Shown here one piece after another: positions 18,306-27,837 of a stretch of 64,000 nucleotides of DNA; position 1 is the stretch's first letter; every line of letters begins with the position of its first letter. The notes under the pieces were generated by a model. That model saw only the letters and a program-made list of their open reading frames with translations. It was not told the DNA's origin and ran no database searches. Origin of the DNA: Candidatus Hydrogenedentota bacterium (GTDB taxonomy: Bacteria; Hydrogenedentota; Hydrogenedentia; Hydrogenedentales; SLHB01). Position numbers and translations under genes: made by a program. The stretch spans positions 25,197-89,196 of the forward strand of contig BTWA01000026.1 of the NCBI GenBank assembly GCA_045863295.1, in the 5' to 3' direction.

Positions 18306-20786
18306 TCACGGAGTGACCACGAAGTGCGCGGCGAAACGGTGGGCCACGTTCGTCGGCAGCGAGCAGTCAAGACGGAGTTCGAATGGTCGCGGCGCGTCCG
18401 ACGGCGCAATGGTCAAGCGCCACGTTTGCCACGGCGCGGCGTACATGCCGTTGTCGATGACGGGTGTGAAAGTGGCTGGTTGACCGTCGAGCGTGCCCAC
18501 AATCGTAAAACCGTTCTTGCACTCTTTCGTCCAGTGGAGATTCGACTGTTCGGAGAATTGGTCGTTCACGGCAAGGAGGCCGCCTGTCGTGGTCGGCGGC
18601 ACGACACCGCGCACGACGAATCGTGTTCCGGCCGTCGCGTCATCGGGTGTTTCGACATCGATCTCTACCGCACGGCTTGGCTCAGTGAACGTGTTCGGCA
18701 TTTCCTGCGTCTTGAAGTCGCGGCTGAGCGTCGGCGGCGTGCCGGACGGAACGACTTCGAGCAATACAATGTCAAAGGGCCGCAGCGCGAGCGTGACTTG
18801 CGATCCGTGTTCATCGCCCAACTTGGCGGCCTCGGGCCAGCAGCGATACAAATCCCAGCGCTGGCCGTCGGGAAGTCCCCACTTGGAATTCAGTTCCAAG
18901 GTCAGCGTGCTGTCGTTCCACACTCCGTTGTTGATCGCCAGGAACGCGCGATTGCCATCGGTACAGCAGTAGCCATACGGCTCGTTTTTCCACGGGTTGC
19001 CGAGAATAAATCGCGTGTTGCGGAAACAGTTCGGCCGCGCCTTCATCAGCGCGATGAAGTCCGCCATTTCACGGCGCTCGTCGGGCGAGAGGTACGCGGT
19101 GTCTGACCAGAGTTGCGCGAGCAGATGACCGCGGCTGATGTCCATGATAACGCCGCCCTGCCACGCTTCTTTGCCGATGTGACTGTTCCAGTTCCAGTCC
19201 GAGAGCCAGATGCCCAACGAGTCCCAGCCGAGCGTCGGCCAGTCTTTCAACATCCACCGGCCGGAATCGAGGCGTCGCGCAACGCTGTCGCGTGCGCGCA
19301 ACGCGGGATAGGTGGAAAAGCTCGCGCCTTCCATATGCATGCCGACGTCGAACACCGTGTCGGCGTATTGAAGCCACCACGGCGAGAGGTAGTACCAATA
19401 GAGCATGATGAACACATCGGGGCTCTCGCGGTCCAGCGAACGGTAGAATTCGATTAGCGCGTTTTCGATGGGTTCGACCGAATACTCGCCGGGCAGGTGC
19501 TCGTGTTCGGGCACGGAGCAGGTCAACTGCGCGTTGTCGAATTTCACCAGGCACACGCCACTCTCGCGCAGGTGGTGTGCGTATCCGTCGATGTAGAACC
19601 GGTTGGCCGGATCGGTCGCGCGACACAGACCGAACCCGCTGCGGCCACGCGCCGGCGTGAGCGCCTGCGCCACAGCAGGATTCTCCGCGATAGTCCAATC
19701 CCCCACGTTTCCGCTATCCACCCACAACCCCGGTTGGATGCCGAGCTTGGCCAACTCCGGCAGCATCCTCGTGAACCCGTTCGGAAACCGTTCGGCATCC
19801 GGGGTTATCAGATCGCCCTTCGAGTCGGTCCAGAAATCGATCGAGTAATAATCCCAATGCAGACTCGAATCGCGCTGGCCCTCGGCAACTTTTGCGATGT
19901 TGTCCATAAAAAACGCTTCGTCCTGCCAGAAGTCTCCACCCGGTTTTGCGCCGAACGGTTCAAAAATCGCCAGCGGCCTGTCGTGGCCGCGCTGCACGCG
20001 CCGCATGCGCGTTTGCAGATGATCGCGGAAGGCCTGACGCGACTGCCCCTCGCCGCTGACGCCGTAAATCGCTTCCATACACTCAAAGGTCGCACCCGGC
20101 GCAAGCTTGGCCCCGGGCATTTGAAGCAAGTTTAAGTTCCGATCCTGCCGCAGTACGGACCCGGCGGGATGGGCAAGGCCAACAAAGAACTGCCACTCGA
20201 CATATGCAGGAAAACCGCGCTGTTTCCCCGCAAGATCGACGATCGGACTCTCAAGCATCGCCGGAAAGTCCTTATCGGAAATCTCCGACTGCGTATCGGT
20301 GGAATAACTCCCGAGCTGGATATTCAGCAGCCGGTTCCATTCCTGATCGCTGCGGTTGGTAATCGCGACGAACTTGCGCAACACCGGCTGGCTCACGTCC
20401 CAACGATAGGTCACCGTTATGGAAAGGTTCGGGTCGTCCGCGCCGAGTTCGAATATCGCTTCGCCCGTCGCGCCCGTGAATGCCGCGGGTCCTCGGATCA
20501 CGCGTAGCTTTGGCCTTGTGATCGCTTCATTTGGCAAGCCGATATCGAGGCCCACCTCTTCCCCGTTCCCCATGCTCAGTTTCCGCCCCGTGATTCGGTT
20601 CTCCCACACCATCGCGCGCAAGCCGTCCGATGTGTCAAGACCAAAAGAGAACGCAGGCGACTCCAGCGTCACTCGCGTGTCTGTAACCGTCGTCGAGCAG
20701 GTATTTATAGGCTCGGCAGCGAAGACGAAATCGCCGGATACGATGCAGATCATGGACAACCATGGCACGAAGGAAGGCGTGGTCAT
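18306..20786 (-). CDS. Glycoside hydrolase-like protein (alpha-galactosidase clan D / GH36-like TIM barrel)
   Basis: YYSIDFW, ERFPNGF, LGIQPGLWVD, LVKFDN motifs; SD GGAGG before ATG 20786 (the ORF track extends the frame to 20909). Confidence 0.65.
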   Translation of the reverse strand: MTTPSFVPWLSMICIVSGDFVFAAEPINTCSTTVTDTRVTLESPAFSFGLDTSDGLRAMVWENRITGRKLSMGNGEEVGLDIGLPNEAITRPKLRVIRGPAAFTGATGEAIFELGADDPNLSITVTYRWDVSQPVLRKFVAITNRSDQEWNRLLNIQLGSYSTDTQSEISDKDFPAMLESPIVDLAGKQRGFPAYVEWQFFVGLAHPAGSVLRQDRNLNLLQMPGAKLAPGATFECMEAIYGVSGEGQSRQAFRDHLQTRMRRVQRGHDRPLAIFEPFGAKPGGDFWQDEAFFMDNIAKVAEGQRDSSLHWDYYSIDFWTDSKGDLITPDAERFPNGFTRMLPELAKLGIQPGLWVDSGNVGDWTIAENPAVAQALTPARGRSGFGLCRATDPANRFYIDGYAHHLRESGVCLVKFDNAQLTCSVPEHEHLPGEYSVEPIENALIEFYRSLDRESPDVFIMLYWYYLSPWWLQYADTVFDVGMHMEGASFSTYPALRARDSVARRLDSGRWMLKDWPTLGWDSLGIWLSDWNWNSHIGKEAWQGGVIMDISRGHLLAQLWSDTAYLSPDERREMADFIALMKARPNCFRNTRFILGNPWKNEPYGYCCTDGNRAFLAINNGVWNDSTLTLELNSKWGLPDGQRWDLYRCWPEAAKLGDEHGSQVTLALRPFDIVLLEVVPSGTPPTLSRDFKTQEMPNTFTEPSRAVEIDVETPDDATAGTRFVVRGVVPPTTTGGLLAVNDQFSEQSNLHWTKECKNGFTIVGTLDGQPATFTPVIDNGMYAAPWQTWRLTIAPSDAPRPFELRLDCSLPTNVAHRFAAHFVVTP

Positions 20787-20989
20787 GAAGATTCCTCCAA
20801 TGTAAGCCAACGGAGAACGAAACCTGCGCGTGGTCTCACCCAAAGAAGGTGCACTATCCATTGTCGTGATTCCCACACGATGCATCAACCATTTTCCCGC
20901 ACATCGCAAATGTCTTCTTCGACTACCATGGGTCGGTGCGTGGGTTCTATATCAACGGAAGCAGTCTTATTGCGCGAGTTACGAACATG

Positions 20990-21210
20990 CTGGAGATTGT
21001 GGTTCCAAGAGTACGAAGCATTCGTCTCCAAAGCAGTTCTCGACGAGATTCGGCGAGGCGATGTAGATGCCGCCCGGCGCAGAATCGAGGTGATTAGCGG
21101 ATTCCCCGTGTTGAATGTTACGGACATAGCCGCAGAGATTGCGGGGGCATACCTGGACGCGTTGCCATCGCCCCGAACCGCGCTTGCCGATGCTCTTCAT
21201 CTGGCCCGCT
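20990..21210 (+). pseudogene. Internal fragment of a PIN-domain (VapC-like) toxin
   Basis: EAFVSKAVLDEIRRGDVDAARRR…ADALHLA matches the PIN core; the N-terminal acidic strand and C-terminal LLTWN motif are absent. Confidence 0.65.
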
Positions 21211-21292
21211 ACGCATTAGCACGGCATGATTCAATGACCCTCTTGCCGGTGCCAGTGACAGTTTCGGTGATACTTAATTTGATACTCACGAA

Positions 21293-21321
21293 TTGACGAC
21301 CATGGTGAAAGTGGTTAACAT
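21293..21321 (+). promoter_or_regulatory. Possible sigma70 promoter pointing at tRNA fragment 2
   Basis: TTGACG-17 nt-TAACAT. Confidence 0.3.
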
Positions 21322-21407
21322 GGACATGTGGTGAGGAGTGAGTGCTTCTCGCGCAGTTGTCGTAAGTTTTAGAATTCACAGGTGGTTGTACCGGCTGAAG
21401 TTGAGCC

Positions 21408-21453
21408 GCTCATAACCCAAAGGTCGTAGGTTCGAATCCTACCCCCGCTACCA
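21408..21453 (+). repeat. 3' half of tRNA-Met(CAT); att-site remnant copy 2
   Basis: Same 46-mer as 15561-15606 with one substitution (CCCAAAGG vs CCCAATGG); no 5' half upstream. Confidence 0.9.
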
Positions 21454-21463
21454 ATTTGATTTC

Positions 21464-21494
21464 AAAGGACTTACGGTGACGTAAGTCCTTTTTT
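21464..21494 (+). terminator. Rho-independent terminator after tRNA fragment 2
   Basis: Perfect stem AAAGGACTTACG-GTGA-CGTAAGTCCTTT followed by a T tract. Confidence 0.8.
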
Positions 21495-21715
21495 GTGCCC
21501 GAAAACGGTCCCGTATTGTTTAAATTGTTACTTGTGAAACCCGCCGGACCCGCCGCCATACAGACCAGGGCGCCAATGAAGAGGAATGCGTGGCATGGCC
21601 TCCATCTGGAAACCAAAATGGTATGTGCTGCGGTTAGAGGTGCAGGCAGACTACTTCGGCGGAATAGTCGCGTGGACGGCACGAGCAGCGAACGACTCGC
21701 GCTAGGGCCATGAAG

Positions 21716-22996
21716 TCAATCTCCTTTTTGTCTTCCGTGCTCATTGGCTGCGCGGAGAATGGATTCTTCCATGCGGTCCCATTGACGTCTTTCGGCGGCT
21801 TCGGCTTTCTGGGTGGCGGAAGCATCCCAGGTTTTGGCGAAGCGGGTGCGGAAGATTTCCATGATGACGTAGAAGCGCGCGTCTTTTGCAGGAGTGAGGG
21901 TTGCGCCTTTTTGTTTGGGTGCTTGATCGGGAGTGAGGTAGAGGCTCTTGGCGCAACGGTTGACGACGGCCGTGGCTTCGGCTTCGGATTCGCAGGCAAA
22001 TGGTCCGGTGGCACTGGTTTGAGCAAGCAGTTGGAGGGCCGCGTTCAGGGTGTCGCTGTCGACGGCGGGTGTGGCTTCAGTAATTTGCCATTGGCCCTTG
22101 ACGACAGGACCGTTGTAACGATGCCAACCGATGCCTTTTCCGCCGCGGCTGCGGCCGGAGACCACGGTGAGTTCTTCCAGGCCGGGGGCGGAGGCGAGTT
22201 GTTCGGCGGCGCGTTTGATGACGTTGGCTTTGAGGCCGATGCCACCGTCGGCTTCGACGTAGGTGGTACCGTGGCTCGTGCTGATCTTGCAGGGGATGTC
22301 GAGGGCGACGTCTGGCAAATTATCTCCATCGGCGATGAGGGACACGAGGACATCGGGATCGCAGAAGAGGGCAATTGCCCCGAGGAGGCCGGCGAGTTCG
22401 GCGGGGATGGACACGCCGGTGATCGCGCTACGCGCGCGTGCGGCGTGGCCCTTTAGCAAGGTGAGCGTGCGCGTAGGTTGGTTGGCACGCTGGCGGCGTT
22501 TCGGCGGGTCTACGGGGATGTCTGCGATAGTGGTTGCTCCGAGGATGTGCAGCAGGCGGGGTAGGTCACCGAGGTCGGATTCCAACTCGGCATTGCACAA
22601 AACGCGGCCTGCGAGCACGTCTTCGAGGGCCTTGGTATCTGCCTCGCTGGCTACGGAATTAATGAGCGCGGCGAGTTTGGCGACGCGCTTTTCGGCGGGT
22701 TTGTTTCCTTCGGCCCAGTCTTTTGTGAAGTCGTGCTTCGCCTCGGTGAGTTTGCCAGCGGCGCTTGCGGAGAGATGCCAGCCATCGCCGTCGTAGGTGG
22801 TGAAGAGCAGGAAAGGCACTTTCGCTCTTGCCGCTGTGTCACGTAAAGATTCATGGGATGCGGCCAGCGCAGAGGCAACGGTCCAGCACCAAGGGCCTGA
22901 CACTTCTATCGGGACACAAGGGGTATGACCGAGCGCCTGGCCGAGAGTTTCGTTATTGGCCATGGGGGACAGTAGCAGATGTCTGCGGATAGCCAT
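21716..22996 (-). CDS. Hypothetical protein (426 aa)
   Basis: Long ORF with SD GGAG upstream and natural composition; no recognised motif. Confidence 0.65.
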   Translation of the reverse strand: MAIRRHLLLSPMANNETLGQALGHTPCVPIEVSGPWCWTVASALAASHESLRDTAARAKVPFLLFTTYDGDGWHLSASAAGKLTEAKHDFTKDWAEGNKPAEKRVAKLAALINSVASEADTKALEDVLAGRVLCNAELESDLGDLPRLLHILGATTIADIPVDPPKRRQRANQPTRTLTLLKGHAARARSAITGVSIPAELAGLLGAIALFCDPDVLVSLIADGDNLPDVALDIPCKISTSHGTTYVEADGGIGLKANVIKRAAEQLASAPGLEELTVVSGRSRGGKGIGWHRYNGPVVKGQWQITEATPAVDSDTLNAALQLLAQTSATGPFACESEAEATAVVNRCAKSLYLTPDQAPKQKGATLTPAKDARFYVIMEIFRTRFAKTWDASATQKAEAAERRQWDRMEESILRAANEHGRQKGD

Positions 22997-23129
22997 GGGT
23001 GAATCTCCAACAAATCAAGTGGGGAAAAGCTAATTGAACCCGTTGTAAGTTTTCAATGCGATAGCGACTCGGTATACCCGATTTTCACAGGCGAGATTGT
23101 GAGAGCAACGGGCATGGGAGTGGCACTTT

Positions 23130-23903
23130 TTATGGAGCGGGCAATTCGGGAGTTGGAGTGTCGCCCATGAGTTCTGCGACTTTGGGTTCAATAGCGGCGG
23201 CCCAGATACGGTGACCCTCTTCGTTGGGATGTTCAAAGTCGGGCATGAGGGTAGCAGGAATGCTGCCATCGGGCTTGAGAAAGAGGTGGTTCACGTCCAT
23301 GTAGAATATGTGTTCGTCGTCCGCGAGCTTGGATGCGATGTCATTGGCCCTTGTGAGCACTGCCCGTTCCTCCGTGGGTTTTTCGCCTCTGAAGAAAATG
23401 GCCAACACGAGAATCCTGGTTTGCGGCAGTTTTTCGCGCAGGGTGTCTACAATGGCCGTAATGCCTGCGCCGATTTCATCCCCGGTATTGAAGGGACCAT
23501 TGTTCTGTCCAATCATGACGATGGCTAGTTTGGGTGCTATGCCATCAATATTGCCGTTTTGCAGACGCCAGAGAACGTGTTCGGTGCGGTCGCCGGAAAT
23601 GCCGAGGATGAGGCCACGGCGCTTGGCGTAGTAATGATCCCAAACGGGTTTTCCTTCCCACTGCCAATTGCCGACAATGGAGTCGCCGATATAGATGAGA
23701 TCGACGTTGCCTTGTTTGGCGCGTTCATTCATGGCTTCGTGGCGCGCGCGCCAGGTATCGCTGCCACCGGGCACGGGCATGACTGCGGTATTTACCTTCT
23801 GCGCTGGAGCCGAGGGCGCCAAGGTACTGTCGGCAATTGCCACGTATCCCGCGAAAGCCATCAACCCTACGGCGAACGCGAATCGTGCACTGTTGTTATT
23901 CAT
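23130..23903 (-). CDS. SGNH/GDSL esterase (PAF-acetylhydrolase Ib-like), exported
   Basis: IGDSI, GISGDRTEHVLWRL, IGQNN, MPDFEHPN; signal peptide; ATG 23903 overlaps the upstream stop. Confidence 0.88.
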   Translation of the reverse strand: MNNNSARFAFAVGLMAFAGYVAIADSTLAPSAPAQKVNTAVMPVPGGSDTWRARHEAMNERAKQGNVDLIYIGDSIVGNWQWEGKPVWDHYYAKRRGLILGISGDRTEHVLWRLQNGNIDGIAPKLAIVMIGQNNGPFNTGDEIGAGITAIVDTLREKLPQTRILVLAIFFRGEKPTEERAVLTRANDIASKLADDEHIFYMDVNHLFLKPDGSIPATLMPDFEHPNEEGHRIWAAAIEPKVAELMGDTPTPELPAP

Positions 23904-25341
23904 TATAAGATCCCCCACGGTTACTTTCTCGGATGAGGTTCAAGAGCATGGTCAGGTGTTTTTCGCTGGTCAAAGGATTCATGAGCGTCGTTCTCAGGAA
24001 CAAACCTTTCGGAAGCCGCACTTGCACGATGTAGGTCTTGCCACTTTCGATAAGTCGCTGGCGCGTGCTCGCCTGAAGTCTGTCAAGGTCTCGTGCGCCA
24101 GATGGAGTGTACCGAAAACATACGATGTTGCTTTCGGGTGGGGAGGCAAGTTCAAAATCCGGTGCCGCTTCAATGAGTTCCGCAAAGCTTCGAGCAAGGT
24201 CAAATGCGTGGGTCACGTAGCCGCCCAGCACCTGGGTGCCATTGCACGCCAGAGTGGCGTAAAGCTTCAAGCCCAACATGCGTTTTGTACATTCGATAGT
24301 CCGGTGGCCGAGATTGTACCGTTCTTCCTCGGCTGTACGATCAAAAAGATACGATGCCTTTTCGGCAAATGCAGCGTGGGTATTGCTTCGTGATTTGAAG
24401 AGCACGGCGGTACACAAAGCCGGCATAAGGAGGAGTTTGTGGGCGTCCCACACTACGGAGTCGGCGCGTTCGATGCCTGATACGAGGTGCCGGTACTTAT
24501 CGCTCAGGCATGCGGCGGCGCCGTGTGCGCCATCGACGTGAAGCCACAAGTTGCGGCGTTCGCAGAAGTCTGCGATTGCTGGCAGTGGATCGTAGGTTCC
24601 GGTAGGGGTGCAACATGCGTTTGCAACTACGGCGACAACATGCATCCCACTCTTCTGGGCATCATGAAATGACTCTTCAAGGGCCTCGGGGCGGAGTCGA
24701 AGACTTTCGTCGTGTGGGACGGTGACGAATCCTTCGTCACCCCATCCCATGATCCTGACGGCACGGTTGATCGAATAGTGAGCGTGTTCAGTACCAAGCA
24801 CGGCGAGTTGGGCGTTTCGAGACGCGATGCCACGTCCCATGGCGGCTTCGCGAGCGGCGAGCAGAGCGGTGAGATTGCCCACCGATCCGCCGGAGGTCAA
24901 TAGCCCGTCGGCCTGATCGCCAAAGCCAATAACTTTCGCCATCCACGTTACGGCCTGTAGTTCCATGGCAGTGACCGCGGCACCGTGTTCGTATACGGCC
25001 ATTCCGTTGTTGAGAACGGACGCTGTCAAATCGCAGAGGGCTGCCTCAAGCAGCGGCGGGGAGACCTGGTGGCCCATGTGCATGGGGTGGTGAAGGTGGT
25101 TGGCCGACTTCATTACTTCTCGCAACAAACTCACAAGGTCAGCACGTCGTTCACCTGCGCCGGGCACGGGCCAACGCTGCATCATCTCTTCAGGTTTGGT
25201 CCAATCGAGAACAGGCAAGCTCTCGCCTGCGGTTACGGCGGCCAGGTAGCCAGCCAGCATATCGACTAGCTCATGCCCCTGGTTGCGAAATCGTTCTATG
25301 TCGTAAAGCGACCTGCTTGGATTCTGTTCTGCGCTATGCAC
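23896..25341 (-). CDS. Group II PLP-dependent amino acid decarboxylase (DDC/GAD/DABA-decarboxylase family)
   Basis: GLLTSGGSVGNLTAL, AHYSI, WLHVDGAHG, DSVVWDAHK (PLP lysine), NIVCFRY. Confidence 0.92.
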   Translation of the reverse strand: MHSAEQNPSRSLYDIERFRNQGHELVDMLAGYLAAVTAGESLPVLDWTKPEEMMQRWPVPGAGERRADLVSLLREVMKSANHLHHPMHMGHQVSPPLLEAALCDLTASVLNNGMAVYEHGAAVTAMELQAVTWMAKVIGFGDQADGLLTSGGSVGNLTALLAAREAAMGRGIASRNAQLAVLGTEHAHYSINRAVRIMGWGDEGFVTVPHDESLRLRPEALEESFHDAQKSGMHVVAVVANACCTPTGTYDPLPAIADFCERRNLWLHVDGAHGAAACLSDKYRHLVSGIERADSVVWDAHKLLLMPALCTAVLFKSRSNTHAAFAEKASYLFDRTAEEERYNLGHRTIECTKRMLGLKLYATLACNGTQVLGGYVTHAFDLARSFAELIEAAPDFELASPPESNIVCFRYTPSGARDLDRLQASTRQRLIESGKTYIVQVRLPKGLFLRTTLMNPLTSEKHLTMLLNLIRESNRGGSYNE

Positions 25342-25543
25342 CTGTTTTCTGGCTCCGTTCCCAACACGCCGACTGCTGCATTAGTTTACAATGGCGAGTT
25401 GTGAAGGTGTGAGCGCGCAGTTGAGATTCAATTTGGCGAAGTGGGAGAAGTAACCGCACATTCGACTCTGTGAACGACGACAATCATTGGCCGTGAACAG
25501 GAAAGTTCTCATGCGAGCGATTTCGCCGCCTTGTAGACGTACA

Positions 25544-25572
25544 TTGACGCCAAGGGCAGAGCGGGATAGAAT
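25544..25572 (+). promoter_or_regulatory. Sigma70-type promoter for the Gfo/Idh/MocA gene
   Basis: TTGACG-17 nt-TAGAAT, about 64 nt upstream of ATG 25636. Confidence 0.6.
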
Positions 25573-25635
25573 CCCGTATTGCACGAAGCACCGAAGGGCC
25601 AGTGAGGTGCAACGACGGGCTGGGAGACTTGGATT

Positions 25636-26937
25636 ATGTCTGTGCGAAAGGTAGATAGACGTGGTTTCTTAAGGTCTGTGGTAACCATGGCATCGGTGAG
25701 CCCGTTCGCGGTAATGAAGGCGACGGCACAAGGAGCTTCTGTCCCGGCGCCGAGCAATCGGGTTAACTTGGGGTTCATTGGGGTCGGATCACACGGGCTG
25801 GGATGGAATCTGGCCGCGTTTCTTGCTCTTCCTGAGGCCCGTGTGCTGGCCGTCTGCGACGTGTTCCGCGATCGGCGAGAACTGGCCCGAGACAAGGTAA
25901 ACAGTGTTTACGGCGGGCGCGATTGCACAGCGTATGCGGATTTTCGAAGCATTCTGGCGCGGAGCGATATTGACGCGGTGGTAATTTCCACTCCGGATCA
26001 CTGGCACGTGCTCATGTCTGTTATGGCCGCGAAAGCCGGCAAGCATGTGTTTTGCGAGAAACCAACGCTCACGGTTAAAGAGGGACGGGCTCTGGTCGAG
26101 GTGATACGGCAATGCGGTGTCGTGTATCAAGGCGGCATCGAAGATCGCTCGGTCGAGCAGTATCACCGCATGGCAGAACTTGTTCGCAACGGACGGCTGG
26201 GCAAACTGAACCGTATTCTCGTGACACTTCCACAGGGCGAGATCTTTCCCAAAGAGGACCCTGTGCCGGTTCCCGAAGGGCTGGACTACGACCTGTGGCT
26301 CGGACCCGCTCCGTATTCACCATACACGCCGACGAAGCTGGGGCCACAACAATGGCGCAATGTGTGGGATTATTCAGGCGGAAAGTTTACGGATTGGGGA
26401 GCGCATCTGCTGGACACCGCGCAGGTGGCCATTCATCAGCAGCATGGAGGTCCAATCAATGTGGACGGCAAAGGGGTATTTCCAGAGAATGCCATGACCA
26501 CGACGGCGACAGAATATGAAATCCGTTACGAGTATGCCGGTGACGTTGAGGTGATAGTGAAATCCGGGGGAACCGGCATACGATTCGAAGGCGCCGATGG
26601 TTGGATAGACTGTCCCGCGTGGCGTGAGCCACTTGAAGCAAGCGATCCGGACATATTGGCAACGACGTTTGCATCCGATACAAACAAGATGTGGCCAAGG
26701 CCTCCAAGCGAGCACCAGGCTTTCCTTGATGGTATCCTAAGAGAAGAAACACCGTATTATACGCCCGAAGACATCCATCGCTTAAGTACGGCGATGCACA
26801 TCGGAAACATCTCAATGCGCCTCGGACGCAAATTGTCATGGGACGCAATTCGCGAAGAATTTACCGGGGACGATGAGGCCAATGCCCTTTTATCCCGCGA
26901 GAATCGCGCGCCTTGGCAGCTTAGGGACGCACTATAG
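25636..26937 (+). CDS. Gfo/Idh/MocA family oxidoreductase with Tat signal
   Basis: DRRGFL, LGFIGVGSHG, STPDHWH, KHVFCEKP, LWLGPAP, DWGAHLLD. Confidence 0.92.
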   Translation: MSVRKVDRRGFLRSVVTMASVSPFAVMKATAQGASVPAPSNRVNLGFIGVGSHGLGWNLAAFLALPEARVLAVCDVFRDRRELARDKVNSVYGGRDCTAYADFRSILARSDIDAVVISTPDHWHVLMSVMAAKAGKHVFCEKPTLTVKEGRALVEVIRQCGVVYQGGIEDRSVEQYHRMAELVRNGRLGKLNRILVTLPQGEIFPKEDPVPVPEGLDYDLWLGPAPYSPYTPTKLGPQQWRNVWDYSGGKFTDWGAHLLDTAQVAIHQQHGGPINVDGKGVFPENAMTTTATEYEIRYEYAGDVEVIVKSGGTGIRFEGADGWIDCPAWREPLEASDPDILATTFASDTNKMWPRPPSEHQAFLDGILREETPYYTPEDIHRLSTAMHIGNISMRLGRKLSWDAIREEFTGDDEANALLSRENRAPWQLRDAL

Positions 26938-27802
26938 GCGCTGGATTGCTCGCCTCCGCTTGAAGCTTGGCACAGAACAATCGCCATTGGGCGATGTTAT
27001 GCTTTAGATTCTCCAACGTATCTCCCTTGACCTGGTAGCACTGAAGTCCGATTGGACCTGAATACTGAATCGAACGGAGTTTGCGCAACAACGCCAAGAG
27101 ATCGAACTCACCCTGCCCAAGTGGACGGATGAGCCTATCCCAGTCTCCCTCGTGGTCGGCGCCATTGATCGAGACGAAAAAGAGCCGTGATCCGGCACGA
27201 TCCAGTATCTCGTCAAAACGATTTTCGTTGCCCGCCTTGAGTTCGTGGCACAAATTGAAGGTCACCCCGAGATTCTCGCGCTGCACCTGGTTAGCGATCC
27301 TCATGGCATCGTCCAAGGTCGCGACATAGAAACCCGCGTGCGGATACAGGGCCACCCGAAGTCCCGATGCCGCGGCCAAGTCCGCAATCCCCGTTACTGT
27401 CTCGACAGCCCGCTGGTCGTTGTCCGCGCGCCCCTGCACGGTTAGCCAGAGCGCCACGTCAGTGCCTTTTAATCGTTTGATGGCGGCGGCCAGGGATTCG
27501 TCATAGGGCGGCTCATTCTCCAGATTACAGCCGACATACAGGTTGACAATTCGTACTCCATGCCGCTTGAAGGCCGACAGCCGTTCATCCAAATCCTCTA
27601 CGCCCGTATATCCCACGCCGTCGTAACCGAGGTCGGCCAGTGTCTGTGCCTGCCTATCCGGCGTCCATTCGCCTCGCCCTAATCCGTTGTCAAAAACAAA
27701 AAAGGGATTCACCGCCGGAACTCCCGACTCGGCAATAGTCTCACCTATCCCGTGGGCCGCACTGTACATGACTGCGACCGCTGCGAAGAGTAATCTGGTC
27801 AT
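26921..27802 (-). CDS. Sugar phosphate isomerase/epimerase (xylose-isomerase-like TIM barrel)
   Basis: LGYDGV, VALYPH, GVTFNLCH, PLGQGEFD, YSGPIGLQ; signal peptide. Confidence 0.8.
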   Translation of the reverse strand: MTRLLFAAVAVMYSAAHGIGETIAESGVPAVNPFFVFDNGLGRGEWTPDRQAQTLADLGYDGVGYTGVEDLDERLSAFKRHGVRIVNLYVGCNLENEPPYDESLAAAIKRLKGTDVALWLTVQGRADNDQRAVETVTGIADLAAASGLRVALYPHAGFYVATLDDAMRIANQVQRENLGVTFNLCHELKAGNENRFDEILDRAGSRLFFVSINGADHEGDWDRLIRPLGQGEFDLLALLRKLRSIQYSGPIGLQCYQVKGDTLENLKHNIAQWRLFCAKLQAEASNPAPIVRP

Positions 27803-27837
27803 GGTGTAGCCTCTCTGGTCCCGCTAGCAGGCAACGC

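Noticed and set aside
21410..21713. ORFs 21410-21682 (-) and 21495-21713 (+)
   Set aside because: The minus ORF ends in LVAGVGFEPTTFGL, the typical antisense-tRNA artefact; the plus ORF has no support
21710..22456. 248-aa plus-strand ORF
   Set aside because: Antisense shadow of 21716-22996; its Gly/Phe/Val-rich composition is typical of reverse frames
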